A DNA stretch of 64,000 bases from Nymphaea colorata (taxonomy: Eukaryota), in assembly GCF_008831285.2 (NCBI RefSeq), contig NC_045138.2:35650001-35714000 (forward strand), given 5' to 3'. The notes under the pieces are model-generated. The model did not search any database. It was given only the letters and a program-made list of their open reading frames with translations, and was not told where the DNA came from. Positions 1 to 13,720 of this stretch are shown in pieces; the first letter of the stretch is position 1; every line of letters starts with the position of its first letter. The translations under genes and the position numbers were made by a program.

Positions 1-274
1 AAGATGGCGAATGTTTATTGTTGTTCATACAGTCTAACAAGTGCCCCTGTCAGATTGTAAGGAGGAATTCTTCTGAGTTATAGTGTTTACGTCCTCTGGA
101 GTTTGGAGGTGTGAAAGATTGTTTGTGTAACTTGGGTGACAAAGGCATGATCACTTTCCGGTTGGGACATCACATATTATAGGGGCAATTATTTCAAGGT
201 GCTCTTTTTGCTCTTTTGAATCTGAGATGCTATACTTGTGGACTTTCGAAGAGATTGGGAGTAGGAGCCATTAA

Positions 275-2251
275 ATGGGGTTTCAGGCAATGGCTTCACC
301 AAAGGAAGGAGGACAATCACCATGGGTTCAGGCTTTGGTTCCGCAGGGTTCTCTTTATAATCTTACACTAGATGAGGTGCAGAACCAGCTGGGAGATCTA
401 GGGAAACCCCTGAGCAGTATGAATATGGACGAGCTACTTAAGAACATCTGGTCGGCCGAGGCGAATCAATCATTGGCTTTCTCCATGGAGAATCACAGTC
501 AGGCGGGCCCGAAATCGGTTTCCGTCATATATGGCTTGCCCCAACAGGTGAGCTCAAACCTCACCCACGAATTGAGCAAGAAGACTGTCGATGAGGTGTG
601 GAGAGACATTCAGCAGTTGCAGAGGAATAATAACAATGAGAAGCAAGTGCAAGACCAGCAACTTTCTGTGGGGGAGATGACATTGGAGGACTTCTTAGTG
701 AAGGCGGGAATCGTCTCCGAAGCCGGCACTAAAAATGGAGGTAGTCGGAAGGGCGTGGAGCATTTGGAGATTGGTCATGGTGGTGGCAGTGCTGCTAGTG
801 TGTTGGGAATCAATCCAATTGTTAGTCAGAATTTTCAGAGACAGAGCCAGTGGCTAATCACGTCCTCCAGTAGCCAACAGCTGGTTGAGCCAAGAGACCA
901 AAATTTGATTGGTGCTTATATGCCTAACCACCCAATCTCTGCGCCATTGCCCGCCACCGCTGGTCCAGTTATGGAGATGATGTTTACTGACAACGATCAA
1001 ATGGCAGAGGCACAGTCACCAAACCGGAAAAGGTTTGCTTGTGGTGAAGTGATTGAGAAAACAGTTGAGCGAAAACAGAAGAGGATGATTAAAAACAGAG
1101 AATCTGCAGCTAGGTCGCGTGCCAGGAAGCAGGTGACGTCGTAATTCTCTTTTGCAGCCTTTTTGAATTTTCTGCAGTGCATCTCTTCTCTAACGCCATT
1201 TTCCTTTTTACCCTCACAGGCCTATACAAATGAGTTGGAGAACAAGGTTTTGCGTCTGGAGGAGGAGAATGAGATGCTTCGACAGCAGAAGGTGAGCGAT
1301 GTTTTCCTAATGGGTGTGTGTGTGTGTATCTATACGAAGATTCATGGTTCATTCTCTTGGACTGCTACCAAGGCAGTTTACTTTAAAGCAAAACCCAATG
1401 CTATGTTCTAAGAGGTGCCACTTTTAAAATTCTATAGTGCATCATATCTTTGCATCAGTTCCTGCAAAAGCTAAACTGATTGGACAGTTCCAAGCAAAAG
1501 ATTTACTCCATTATCTGGGATTGTCTTCCCATTCATGGTTGTTGACCACACCAACCACACGGCACACGTGCATATGTAGACATGTATGTGTGTAATATGA
1601 CGGGTATTTCTAAGTCCTCATCCTTGATTAAATGTAATAGATGTTAAATTGAATTTGTCAAGTTTCCATTCAAGTTGTGCGTTTGTATGGCCTTGCATTC
1701 ATTGTCTGCAGAGTCAGACGTGCTGTCAGCAAACGTAGCCTTTTTCGTTTTTCTTCTTTTCTTGTTTGCAGGAATGACCTGAAGACATTTGACATCCCAT
1801 GTATGATGTATTTGTTTTAGTTTACGACCTTTGCCTTCAGAATTTCTTAAACATCCAAGTGCCAGAATGTAGCTCTCATGGTAATCCATTTCATGAAAGT
1901 GTTCAAAGAGCTTATTTTTTAATTAGTTTTGATGTCTTATTAGCCTCACATATTCATCGACTTGAATCTTGTTCTTGGGGAAAGCCAACTTGTGCATGAT
2001 AGTGGTGTGTCATGGAAAAATGACAATATACAGGAGAAGAGAGGGTATCTATCATCTCCTGGTGAAACTCAATGCCTTATGTTTGTTATTCATGAGTTCA
2101 TCTTTATTGGGTTGATACATGCAAATTTCTACTCGTACTGATCCTACATTATTTCCTTTTTTCTTTACAGAAGTTGCAGAATATTCTGTATGCAGCAATA
2201 CAGCCAGAGCCAAAGTACAAGCTCCGCAGGACCAACTCTGCTCCATTTTGA
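275..2251 (+). CDS. DPBF3: Group-A bZIP transcription factor (ABI5/AREB/ABF family, AREB3/DPBF3-like), 336 aa; exons 275-1132, 1220-1291, 2171-2251
   Basis: C1 QGSLYNLTLDEVQNQLGDLGKPLSSMNMDELLKNIW, C2 LSKKTVDEVWRDIQ, C3 GEMTLEDFLVKAG, basic region RKQKRMIKNRESAARSRARKQAYTNELE, C4 LRRTNSAPF*. GT-AG phase-0 introns. The exact orthologue is approximate. Confidence 0.93.
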
Positions 2252-3812
2252 TTCTCTGTCTATTGAACTCCATTTTGGTTCTGTGCCTATAACATTTGCA
2301 GATTCAGATAGCTTCAGTTGTTCAGAACATGAGAGACTCCAGGAGTTCTGTCCCACGGTCCGTAGTGTGGTAAGCAGGGGCATCTTTCTAGTGTGGCTTT
2401 TCTGCTTCGTCCTATGTAAATCTATTTACGGCATGCTGTGAAATGAATATCAATCTGTCAAGAGAAGTTTGGGTTAAAGTTAACACTTGCATCCTTTTTC
2501 TGACACTATTTTCTTGTAAGTGCCCATGCTTCATCTAGCATCGCCATTAATGTTTTGCTTGAGAGAGATACAGGTGAACAACTATTCCAGTCTTCCTCCT
2601 GTACTAAAACCTTCAGTATAGAATATTGAGCGATCTCTTATCCCCAGTTCACAACTACATCCTCTGCTCTCCTCCAATTCTTGCAGCTAATCAAGAGTTA
2701 CTTGCAAAGGAACAAAAGCAAAGATTTTTCATTGCCCCTTCTTGAAGAACTTCCGGTTGCATCTAGCTGTACCAGCCAACAGAATCTTGGGAATGAGGCA
2801 TCAGGAACAAAAGAGGGGAAAAAAAAGAAAAAAAGAACATCCCTTTTCTTTTATTTCTGTTGAAGAAACTGATAACTTTTTATTTGTTGGTAAGCTCGCC
2901 TGCAAGGCCTGGCATGTGGGAGGCATTAGCTGAGAGCATTCTTGCCTGGACCTAGTGAATCCTTCTGCATTAAGCTTAGACTCGGTTTAATGTGCCAAAA
3001 CATATAATGTTTACAAGCACACCAGATGCATACTGAACATCATAATTGTTATATCACAAAATCTGTGCCGACCTCTAGCCGTTCATGGAAAAATTTGTCT
3101 ACATGTTTGCACCACGAGAGAACATTCCAAAACAAGTTGGAAAGGAAAAAGTTAGAATTTGAAGGGATCATGCAATTGCGTGTAATGTTGCCTAATCATA
3201 AGTCATTCATTTGGTTTTCCATGTTACCAAACTTAGAATTTTGAGAAAACCAAATATGTGATCCTTGTTACTGAGGGAGTCGTCCAATTTCAGTATTCTT
3301 TAATGGTAACAAGACGTGGTGCTTAGACAAGTGGTTGACAAAGCATCATCAACTGGAAGAAAACAGGAAAATAGGCCATTGAAGGGAATCAAACCACCTG
3401 ACGTTTACTCTTGAAATCTGATGATGGTTCGGTTTTCTCTCATTCCAACTTACAGATACGTCGTTTAGAGTCTTCATGGAGAATAAGCAAGGCCTAAGAT
3501 TGATCAATCCCAGTAAAAGGGGGCACCTGGTTTTCAAGCTCCTTGTCTAATGCATAACAGTTGGCATCAGCATGAGATCTCGAGGACGAAATCAGAATTC
3601 CGGTTCCACCTTCGAATCCTTTCGCCTTCATCATTAAGAAGGAAAACTATTGAACTTGCAAAGCCCTAATCCCTTCTCCCGCAGCGCTAAGGGCCTGGGT
3701 TGGTTCAGTCTTCAGTTTGCACTGGCTTTTCGTTAAGTGTGGGCAGGAACTCATTTCGGGTGAGCAGAAGTTATAGAAGTTCCTTGAGGCTCGAACGCCT
3801 CTCATTCTTTCT

Positions 3813-3892
3813 GTTTCCGGGATTCTGGATTGCGTCTGGACTCAGTCGGATCACGTTTCCAGGATTCTGGACTGCGTCGGGACTTAGTCGGA
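3813..3892. repeat. Two-copy 42-bp tandem repeat (gtttcc[g/a]ggattctgga[t/c]tgcgtc.ggact.agtcgga) upstream of the SWIM gene
   Basis: Copies start at 3813 and 3855. Confidence 0.85.
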
Positions 3893-4266
3893 GCAGAAAA
3901 ACATTCAAAATGTATTTGCACTTCAAAAGTATGAAAAATTGAAATCAATCCAGATGATTAAATATTTAAATTCATCATTAGAAACACCGTAAACTGTTGC
4001 AAAAAATATTGTAAATACTGACAATAGACGGCCAACTGATTTTAATTCTTCAAAAAGGTAGGAACTTGAACTTGTTTTTTAAGAATTGCTTCCATGACTG
4101 AACCTAACGAGCCATGACACGGAAGACTGGAGAGAGATGTCGGGGAGGAGCCAGCGCCTCGTCTGAGATCAAAGAATCAGTTGACTTGACCATCTTGAAC
4201 CCTCCCGACCCTTTCCCTTCTTTTTTTCTAGCCGGGCAGAAGCTTGCCGCCAGTCTGCTTTTGTGG

Positions 4267-5169
4267 ATGGCGGTGTGCAACGCCGTCGCGGATTCAGTCT
4301 TCCATTCCATCGGTCACGCTGGTTCAGGTTCCCTCTCTGTCTCCATCTCTCTCCGTGACTGCTTATGCCTTCTTCTTCCACTTCGTGTGGCATCTGTTTA
4401 ATCGCCGGAAGAAGTGTCCGACGATCAACTGTCCATGTGAGTATGGACTTCTTTCTATCTCTTTCTCATTACAGCGACGAAAATGTTCGGGCTCTGAGGT
4501 CCTCTCTTTCTCTCTCTCTCTCTTCCCCGCTCCCCCACCGGGCCACCCCTTCTCTCTCAAGAATTCCAGATTGCATTTTTTATACGGCAAAAATTTGGAG
4601 CGGGCGCTCAGAATCGTGGACCTAGGCGGCGTCAAGCGCATTGCCGGCGAACCCAGCGGCCGAGCGCTCTTTCTGGTCACTCTCCTCCCTCGTGCTTCGT
4701 GGGCTTCCCTTTTCGCTTCTTATTCTTCGTGGGTTTTATTTTCTTCTTGTTTTCTGTTTATTTGCGTAATGGGTTGGGGTTGACCGGATTACATTGGGTT
4801 TAGGTGGTGGTGGAATCAAGAAGGAAAGAGGAGTACATCTGCTTCCCTACCCACCATTGCACCTGCTACTCCTCCTTCTACGACGTCGTCAACAAGGCGG
4901 AGCAACTCTGTGTACGGCTGTTAGTCCCTGTCCAGTTTCCCTTGTACCTTCACTTTCATCATCCTTCTTTTCTTGTGGTTGTATTATCATCTGTCAAATT
5001 TGTTTTCTTCGTCTGTTAAATTTGTTTTCTTCGTCCTCATCGTCATATTTTTTGTTTCTTGGTCCAGTGTAAGCATCAGTTGGCTGCACGGTTCGCGGAG
5101 GGGGTGCAGGCTTACACGGAAGTGAGAGTGCCTGACGAGGAGTTGGCTGTCATGCTGTCCAGGCTCTGA
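4267..5169 (+). CDS. ZSWIM7: SWIM zinc-finger protein, ZSWIM7/SWS1/SSN2 homologue, 132 aa; exons 4267-4327, 4415-4436 (22-nt micro-exon), 4570-4675, 4804-4911, 5068-5169
   Basis: Spliced product MAVCNAVADSVFHSIGHAGSVSDDQLSILHFLYGKNLERALRIVDLGGVKRIAGEPSGRALFLVVVESRRKEEYICFPTHHCTCYSSFYDVVNKAEQLCCKHQLAARFAEGVQAYTEVRVPDEELAVMLSRL. SWIM CxC...CxH motif present; all introns GT-AG; exon lengths sum to 399 nt. Confidence 0.92.
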
Positions 5170-5340
5170 CGCTTGCCTGTGGTGTAATTGTTGTTCAACA
5201 CCAAGAGGTGATTCTTATCTTTGACGTAAATTTCTTTCAGGAGTTGGCTGTCATGCTGTCCAGGCTCTGACGCTTGCCTGTGGTGTAATTGTTGTTCAAT
5301 ACCAAGAGGTGATTCTTATCTTTGACGTAAATTTCTTTCA
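5138..5340 (+). repeat. 101-bp tandem duplication spanning the SWIM stop codon and a downstream splice-donor-like site
   Basis: aggagttggctgtcatgctgtccaggctctga...aagaggtgattc...tttctttc at 5138 and 5239, one substitution seen. Confidence 0.95.
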
Positions 5341-5963
5341 ATCCCTATAGGCAATTGATTGTTCTTTCCGTATTACTTAACTTGTGTTCCTATTGGTGAT
5401 TGACCTCTCTGTGTTGGTTCATTTGTCATTTTGGTTTATATTTTTGGCCTTTTAGTCATTCTTGTGAATTTTGTATAGTGTCTAAAAACTATCTCAACTC
5501 CGGAAGATATATATCGTATCCTTTTTCCTTGTTCTGCTTCTCTGTACTGATTAAAAGCAGTTGCATCGGTACAAGCTGTTACAAGAAATGGTTGCTGATA
5601 TTCACTTTGTTTGTTTACGCCTTAATCATTTGAGGCATTCATGTTACGAAGCTGGCGGAAAATTATATTTTCTCTTGTTTGTTGTTGCTTAGATGGACGA
5701 AGCTGGTTATGGCGAAGCGTAAATAAATACGTTTTCTCTCTTTACTTTTTCAAAATTGGTGTCTCATTTTCTAGTAATCTTAAAGGATTTAATGAATGGT
5801 AATGACAAATCTCAACCACTTCAAAACCTTGAATGTTTCACTTACTTGAGTTCCTCACAATGTCGGACTCATGGCAATTCTTTTAATTTTAGAAAATAAT
5901 GCTGACTTATTGAATTCACTATTTCCATTGTTCAATTGTTATCACTTATTGATGTTTTTACAG

Positions 5964-7265
5964 ATGAAGCTTGTGAACCCAAATGACTTATTCCATTATC
6001 TCTTGAAGAATAACAAGCTGAACAGAGGGCGGTTGCTTGGGTTAGATGTTGGTAGTCGGTATGTTGGTTTGGCTATTTCTGACCGCAACAATGCGCTTGC
6101 ATCACCTCTGAGGTATGAAATATCTAAGTCAACTAGTTTACCATGCTCTTACAGAGAATTTGTATTAGTAATTTAGTATATTATAATTCATATCTGAGGC
6201 AGAACTAGGACTGGTAGATCCTGTTAATACAATTTTTTTCCTGATGTTGGTTAGGTTAACTTCATTCACATGAGTCTCATATGTGGCCTACAGATTATTT
6301 TTTGTGACTATCTATCCAGATTTTAATGTTAGAACTTAGAAGCGCTAATGCTAGATTCATTTTTCACACCAACTGTTGGATGTGTTGTTAATCATGACTA
6401 AATCCTGGTGTTCATTTTGTTCTTTCAAATTTGGAGTTTGAATTAGTCTCGGAAGACTGAAAAACCGGTATGTTTTCTGTATGGTGTGTTTATTTTCCCA
6501 ATCAGACACACTAAAAGGTCATCTTTGGTTTGAATCCTGATAATCTGGACTTTGTAATGTGAGTGTGGAAGCTGGCAACTGATGATATCCAACAATGCAA
6601 CAATAGAAAAGAATTTTCTCCCTTGTCCTCCCAATTGAAATAGTTGATTTTATTAAGTAGCATAAATCACCAAATGCTCTTTATATATGCAAATATAAAG
6701 AGTAGATATACTGCTAAACTTAAAAGTTTGCTTCTATTACTTGACATGAAAAATGAAATCAGAAAGCCAGTTAAAGAAAAACATGGAAAAGCACCAACTT
6801 TATCCAGTTATTCTTTATTTCTTCGTTTTCTTGCTTATACTCATTATGAAGGCTAGATTAGTTGGGATCCAGCTTCCTTTTTTGCATGTTTCAGGCACAT
6901 TCCTTTGATTGAAGTCCACATGCTTTAAAGTTTAAACAGCCTGTTCGCTAGTAGTTTTGTGGGGAAGCTTCAAGTCTTCTTCTTCTTCCTTTTTTTTTTC
7001 CCTTTTCTGTTCTATAATTTTCCTTTCTGTTAGAGTAACTATGGGTACCAGAATCTTATAACCGCGGTGACATGAATGTTGGAAATACAAATTTTGATCA
7101 TTACATTGTGTCTTGATTATTTTGGTGTACATATTTCCTGATCTAATAACTTTTTTCAAAATTTAATCCTATCAACCTGGTTACATGGTTTCCTATCAAT
7201 TTGACAGTGTATTAGTAAGAAAGAAGTCAAACATACAGTTGATGGCCAGTGACTTTGAGACTTTG
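5964..7265 (+). CDS. yqgF: YqgF/RuvX-family nuclease (putative pre-16S rRNA nuclease / Holliday junction resolvase-like), exons 1-2 only (5964-6112, 7208-7265); the rest falls in the assembly gap
   Basis: GRLLGLDVGSRYVGLAISD motif; exons match the complete copy at 38139-41212. Confidence 0.88.
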
Positions 7266-7281
7266 GTAAGATTGTTTCCTG

Positions 7282-7350
7282 CTCTCTCTCACTCTCTCTC
7301 TCTCTATATGTGTGTGTGTGTAGTATATACAGGCACACACACACACACAC
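7282..7350. repeat. Compound (CT)n/(TG)n/(CA)n microsatellite at the 5' end of YqgF intron 2
   Basis: Directly visible; the TG and CA runs are mutually complementary. Confidence 0.85.
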
Positions 7351-7485
7351 GTGCGCACCATGCATGACAAGTCAGGGTTTGTTCTAGACAGATATTGGAG
7401 TTCAATGTCTGGAAGGAGCAGTATTAGATGTGCGTGACAAAAGAACCTTTGCTTAGTTTTGATTTATTGACATCCGCATGAACCT

Positions 7486-7585
7486 NNNNNNNNNNNNNNN
7501 NNNNNNNNNNNNNNNNNNNNNNNNNNNNNNNNNNNNNNNNNNNNNNNNNNNNNNNNNNNNNNNNNNNNNNNNNNNNNNNNNNNNN
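7486..7585. other. Assembly gap (100 N); copy 2 implies ~1.8 kb missing (equivalent to 39667-41480)
   Basis: Left flank aacct matches 39662-39666; right flank tttctcccgg matches 41481. Confidence 0.97.
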
Positions 7586-8533
7586 TTTCTCCCGGACATT
7601 GCCAATGCATTGTGGTCGCCGTTTAGAGTTGGAACCATGCAGCATTAAGAATGGTAGCTTGCTGAGAAAGTAGAAACAGAAAAAAGTTCGTGTAAAACAT
7701 CGATAACTAGGCCTGCAAAGTAAAAGGCATATAACTGAGCAATTTGCCATCTCTTGGCCTCTCCATACGTGAACACGCAAGTGAGCTAAAGACCCATCTA
7801 GTAACCATGTCAGACTCGAGGATCATGGTAAGGACAAACCAGCAAGTGTTTACAGAGGCAGAAATGAGCACCATTTCGCAAGCCCATCAATCTCACTTAG
7901 GCCAAGTATCGATTAGTTAATTCTCCATGGTATACGCCCACTGGGGTACTCTTACTGTCTTACACCTCAAAATCGAGTGAAGAGACTGGGAGCTATTCTC
8001 GACTCTTCATCACTCGTTTTGAGAAAAAAAATCGTAAAGCAGTGATGTCTTAAGACTTTCTGTGCCATGTGTTTGATTGCCTTTATAGAGAAGGGTTTCT
8101 AGTTCCTAATTTATATTAACCATCTTTCGGCAACGGCCAAAGAAAGTAAAATTCAAAGCACATTCCACAAGTTCAGATAAAGAAACCATCGAAACGATTT
8201 ACTCTCTTTTTCCCATCTTCTTGTCTGGCTAGACTGACAATCCTACAAAGTCAACTAAAATCTCATTGAACTTGCTTTTTTTTTCTTCCGTATGTAAGAA
8301 GGTTTCTCAATGTTACAGGCACAAAAGCATAAGCACGGAAGCAAAAGACTACAATATGGGAGAGAAGAAAAACAGCATTTTCATTATCCAAGCGGAAGTT
8401 GCGAAACAGTTTTTTTGGACTCTCTTACGATAGAAAGCATGGCAGGATATCATACACACACAAACTATGCATGTCAACTTCTCACTGTTGACAAATTATT
8501 TTTCCCCGTCAGTGAAGCATGAGTTTACTGGCT

Positions 8534-10331
<1,798 letters not shown>

Positions 10332-10352
10332 TCTTCAAAATGTAGAGAGTAC

Positions 10353-11526
10353 CTGAGAAAGAAAACAGATTTTTCCTACTTGAGTCAGAAGCTTAACGAA
10401 ATGATCAATCAAGAAACAACAGCAAAAAATGGGACAAAAGACGGGGAAAAAAAGGAAAAAATAAACCACAAAAAGAAAAAGGGGGAAAAAAGAGAGAGAA
10501 ATGTATCATCATAATTTTCCAAATCTGTCCATGAAAGCAGTAGGCTTAGACTTTGAAAGCAGCAACCAGACTCACCAACTCTAACTACAGATATTTAATT
10601 ATAAGGACGTATTATAACCTTAATTTTAAATCATGCATAAATCAGAGACCAAGTTTGTGCTTGTGTTCAAAAAACACCAATGACCAAACCAGTTCTATAA
10701 AGCATGAGTCTGAATATTTACCCAGAACCCTTCAAATCAAGCATCAACCTGGTGCGCAAACCAGAAATATTTAACCTGATTGGATGGGTAACCCAGATGA
10801 GGATCAACAATGAGGACTAAACGAATTAGACTCAATAACTTCTCCAAGCTGGACAAATTCTTTGAATTGTTAGAACAAATCTTTTATGCATCTAATGGTC
10901 TCAACCAAGATCAATCTAGTGTTCTAGGATCTCAAAGAATTTATGAACGGACATGACATATTCACCCCTATCCACCAATGCACATGGTTAAAAGATCTAT
11001 CTGAACCATGGTATGACAGAGATACCCAGTGATCATTTGCCACCAAAAATAAGCCAACCATTGCGTTCTTAGAGGGTTCCATTACCAGAGAAGTGAAAAT
11101 CATACTACTTTTGGGGAATAGAAAGAAAAATACACGGAAAAAATAACATCTCGGATGAATGATAAATGAATCTTTACGAAACTGAGAACGGCAGCACGTT
11201 GATGCATTGTTCACTAAACTCCACGAAAGCCAATTTGGGGACAGAGGCAAGTATAGAGACTAAAAATACGTACAAGCTACACAAAATCTAGGGCAAATAA
11301 ACCGAAAGAAGCATAGGGGAGCAGTGAATTTCAAAAAAAAAATCAACAGCAACGGCACAAACAAATGGTACCCAAAAAACAACGAAAGCCCATTGTCAAG
11401 AAGGAAGAAACAGAGAAGGAAGAACCTGAAGCAACTGACTCAACAAGAGAGAAGCTATTAAATTCGTCACAATAGGACTGGAGGAGATGCAGGAAGGCCG
11501 GAGAAGGGAGCATCAGACGTACTTAC
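10353..11526 (-). other. Predicted 5'-UTR intron of SQD1 (leader exon and promoter at ~11527-11700)
   Basis: Minus-strand donor AAGA|GTAAGT at 11526 and acceptor TTTCTCAG at 10353, 21 nt before the ATG. The CT-rich intron start and GA/CT-rich leader fit. Confidence 0.6.
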
Positions 11527-11731
11527 TCTTCGTTACGCCGTTGGGATAAGATGGGGAAAAAGTCTCAGCTCCGGCGAGGTGGGAAAAGGAAGGAACCACT
11601 CTCTCTCGGAAGCGCTCTCTCTAGAGACAGTGACGGAAGTCCGGGAAGGTCCGCGAGGGCGTCAAAATGAAGCGCCTCTCTCCTTAGCTGTCCACTCCCT
11701 TTATCTCTTGCCTCCAAAACCTTTTCTTTTT

Positions 11732-11903
11732 GGCTTTTTTGGATGGTTTGAAAAATTGGTTAACACACCGGGAGCGAAAAAATTATCCCCTCAAACTATT
11801 TAATATAAAAACAGTTTTTATCTGTCCACCCAAATACGAAAATTAAAAAAATTAATTCTACAGAACCAAGTTTTTCGAAAAATCGTGTTATCCAAACGCT
11901 ACC
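11732..11903. mobile_element. Tourist/PIF-Harbinger-like MITE remnant
   Basis: Imperfect TIRs ggcttt(g)tttggat ... atccaaacgctacc around an AT-rich interior. Confidence 0.45.
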
Positions 11904-12423
11904 TTCTAAATATCACAAAAGCTCAGCCTCCCGCCCATTTTTAACTAGATATTGTATTTTGAGCAAGGAGATTGATTCACTTGCTAAGAGTGTAAAAAAA
12001 ATAATTTGGATTTGAATCAGCGGAGCGCGTCAGATATTAAAATCGAGCTTCGAAGACATGCAAAACTTGGAAACTTTACCAAAGGATCTACACCTTTTTA
12101 CCTATTGATTGAGGGTTTATGATTCCAACTCCAAACTTACTTTTTCCCGAGGCTGAAGTTGGTTATTTCTCCAATTTTTTACTCTTCTTTGGTTGGTAAG
12201 ATTTAGTTTATAGAGTTACAGAAATCACGAAAAAGATAGACCTAGTAAAGAGATATTCGAATATTCCTTTTCACTCGTTGCTTTGACACGGATGATTCGG
12301 GAAGATGCCTTTCCTTCTTCAGATGCTAAAACCTCCATCTCACATATACTAATATATATGTGTGTGAGTTCAATTCAATCTTGCCGGCTGTCAGAAGTTT
12401 ATTGGATGTTCTTGGATGACTAA

Positions 12424-13257
12424 GGCAGCGTTTGGATGAACTCCTTTAAAAAATGAAGTTTATTAAAATTTGGTTTTGAGAGAAAAAAAAGATATTTTTC
12501 TAAAAACTTGGTTTTAGTATTTGGGCAACCAAGTTTCACCTTTAAAACCAAGTTCTTGTTTGAATGACCAAAAATGGGCTTCGGAAGTTCTCTTAAAAAA
12601 TGAATTTAAGTTGAATGGTAGTTGAGAAACAGTTAGTTAAGTCTACGGTTAATGAAAATTGCATACTTGTTGGAGGTGGAAACTGTACAGAAAGAGAAAG
12701 AGCTAGAACTGAAACATGTTTATCGATTTTCATCCGAAAGTTGTGGTCTACGAACATGAAAAGACATGGAACACATCCACATGGAACTGAGAAGAAACAC
12801 ACGTTGGATGAAGGTGGCATGAATTCAATGTTTAAATTTATAATCAAAAGAGAAAAATGCAATCACTGTACACTAGTGCTTTAACGGCCACAACTTTGTT
12901 AAATCCAGCTGCCACAAACTAACACACAGGGTAATGAGTATGAACACTAATTAGAGTTATGTACAAGGATCGCACCATTTGGTATGCATAAATTTTTTGA
13001 AGACCCTTCATGACAGAACAGTAACAAATGGTATCCAAATGGTTAAGGTAGCTTTGGGGTATTCATGGACGAATTTTGAGAGAGAGCAGAGAATGGTGGC
13101 GTTGGAGAAGACGTATTTTATTCTAGTATTCCCATCCACCCAAAAAAAAAAAAACCTGGATGAAATCAGGTTTTCACGAAACTGCACTCCTTGCCAAAAC
13201 GGTGTTTTAAAGGTAAAAAGCCGTTTTTCATTTTTGAGCATGCATCCAAACACAGAG
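12424..13257. mobile_element. Possible Tourist/PIF-Harbinger-like non-autonomous element (may be two remnants)
   Basis: taa|ggcagcgtttggatg ... catccaaacacagag|taa: GTTTGGATG/CATCCAAAC core with TAA on both sides. Confidence 0.4.
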
Positions 13258-13294
13258 TAAAATTTCAGAAAGTGTTTATGAAAAACAGTGAGTA

Positions 13295-13720
13295 AATTGA
13301 CATTAACCATAGTTCATCATGCAACAACAGTTCGTGGTGGTTTAGCTACGATTTATGATCATTTTAGTGACACTTTTTAAAATTTTGGCCATCCCACACA
13401 TGACTGCTTTGGCTTTTCCTACGTATAAGACACGCCTTGTAACACTTTGAATTTTGTGCCGTTTAAGAAAGTGTTGGCTAAACTTTAAAAAGTGTTGCTA
13501 AAATCAGTGGCTGAGTTAACATTGACTGTAGTTTATGATACATGGACGGCTTGTGGTGGTTTTAGCTACAATTGATAGTCATTTTAACGATACTTCTACA
13601 AATTTTAATCATCACACAACTATGTGACGCATGATATCATTTACTTATCCTATACGTATTATATTCTAGCAATATGAATTTTGTGCAATTAAGTAAAAAC
13701 CGCCACAATAATTAATATAG
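13295..13720. repeat. Degenerate ~220-bp two-copy tandem repeat
   Basis: gtggtggtt(t)tagctac.att...tcatttta..ga.act...aaatttt...catc.cacaca recurs at ~13335 and ~13553. Confidence 0.5.

Noticed and set aside
275..1144. 289-aa single-exon bZIP ending QVTS
   Set aside because: The ORF reads into intron 1; the zipper and C4 motif are in downstream exons.
1560..1575. G-box/ABRE (cacgtg) in bZIP intron 2 as an autoregulatory site
   Set aside because: A single hexamer in CA/TG-rich sequence is expected by chance.
3600..3632. tRNA T-loop-like ttcgaatcc
   Set aside because: No GG before TTCGA and no cloverleaf or A-box.
3565..3636. C/D box snoRNA on the minus strand (ATGATGA ... CTGA ... CTGA)
   Set aside because: No terminal stem and no rRNA or snRNA complement I could recognise; it needs an Rfam/snoscan test.
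4114..4266. 51-aa in-frame N-terminal extension of the SWIM protein from ATG 4114
   Set aside because: No resemblance to the family, and the start at 4267 gives the typical length. It cannot be fully excluded.
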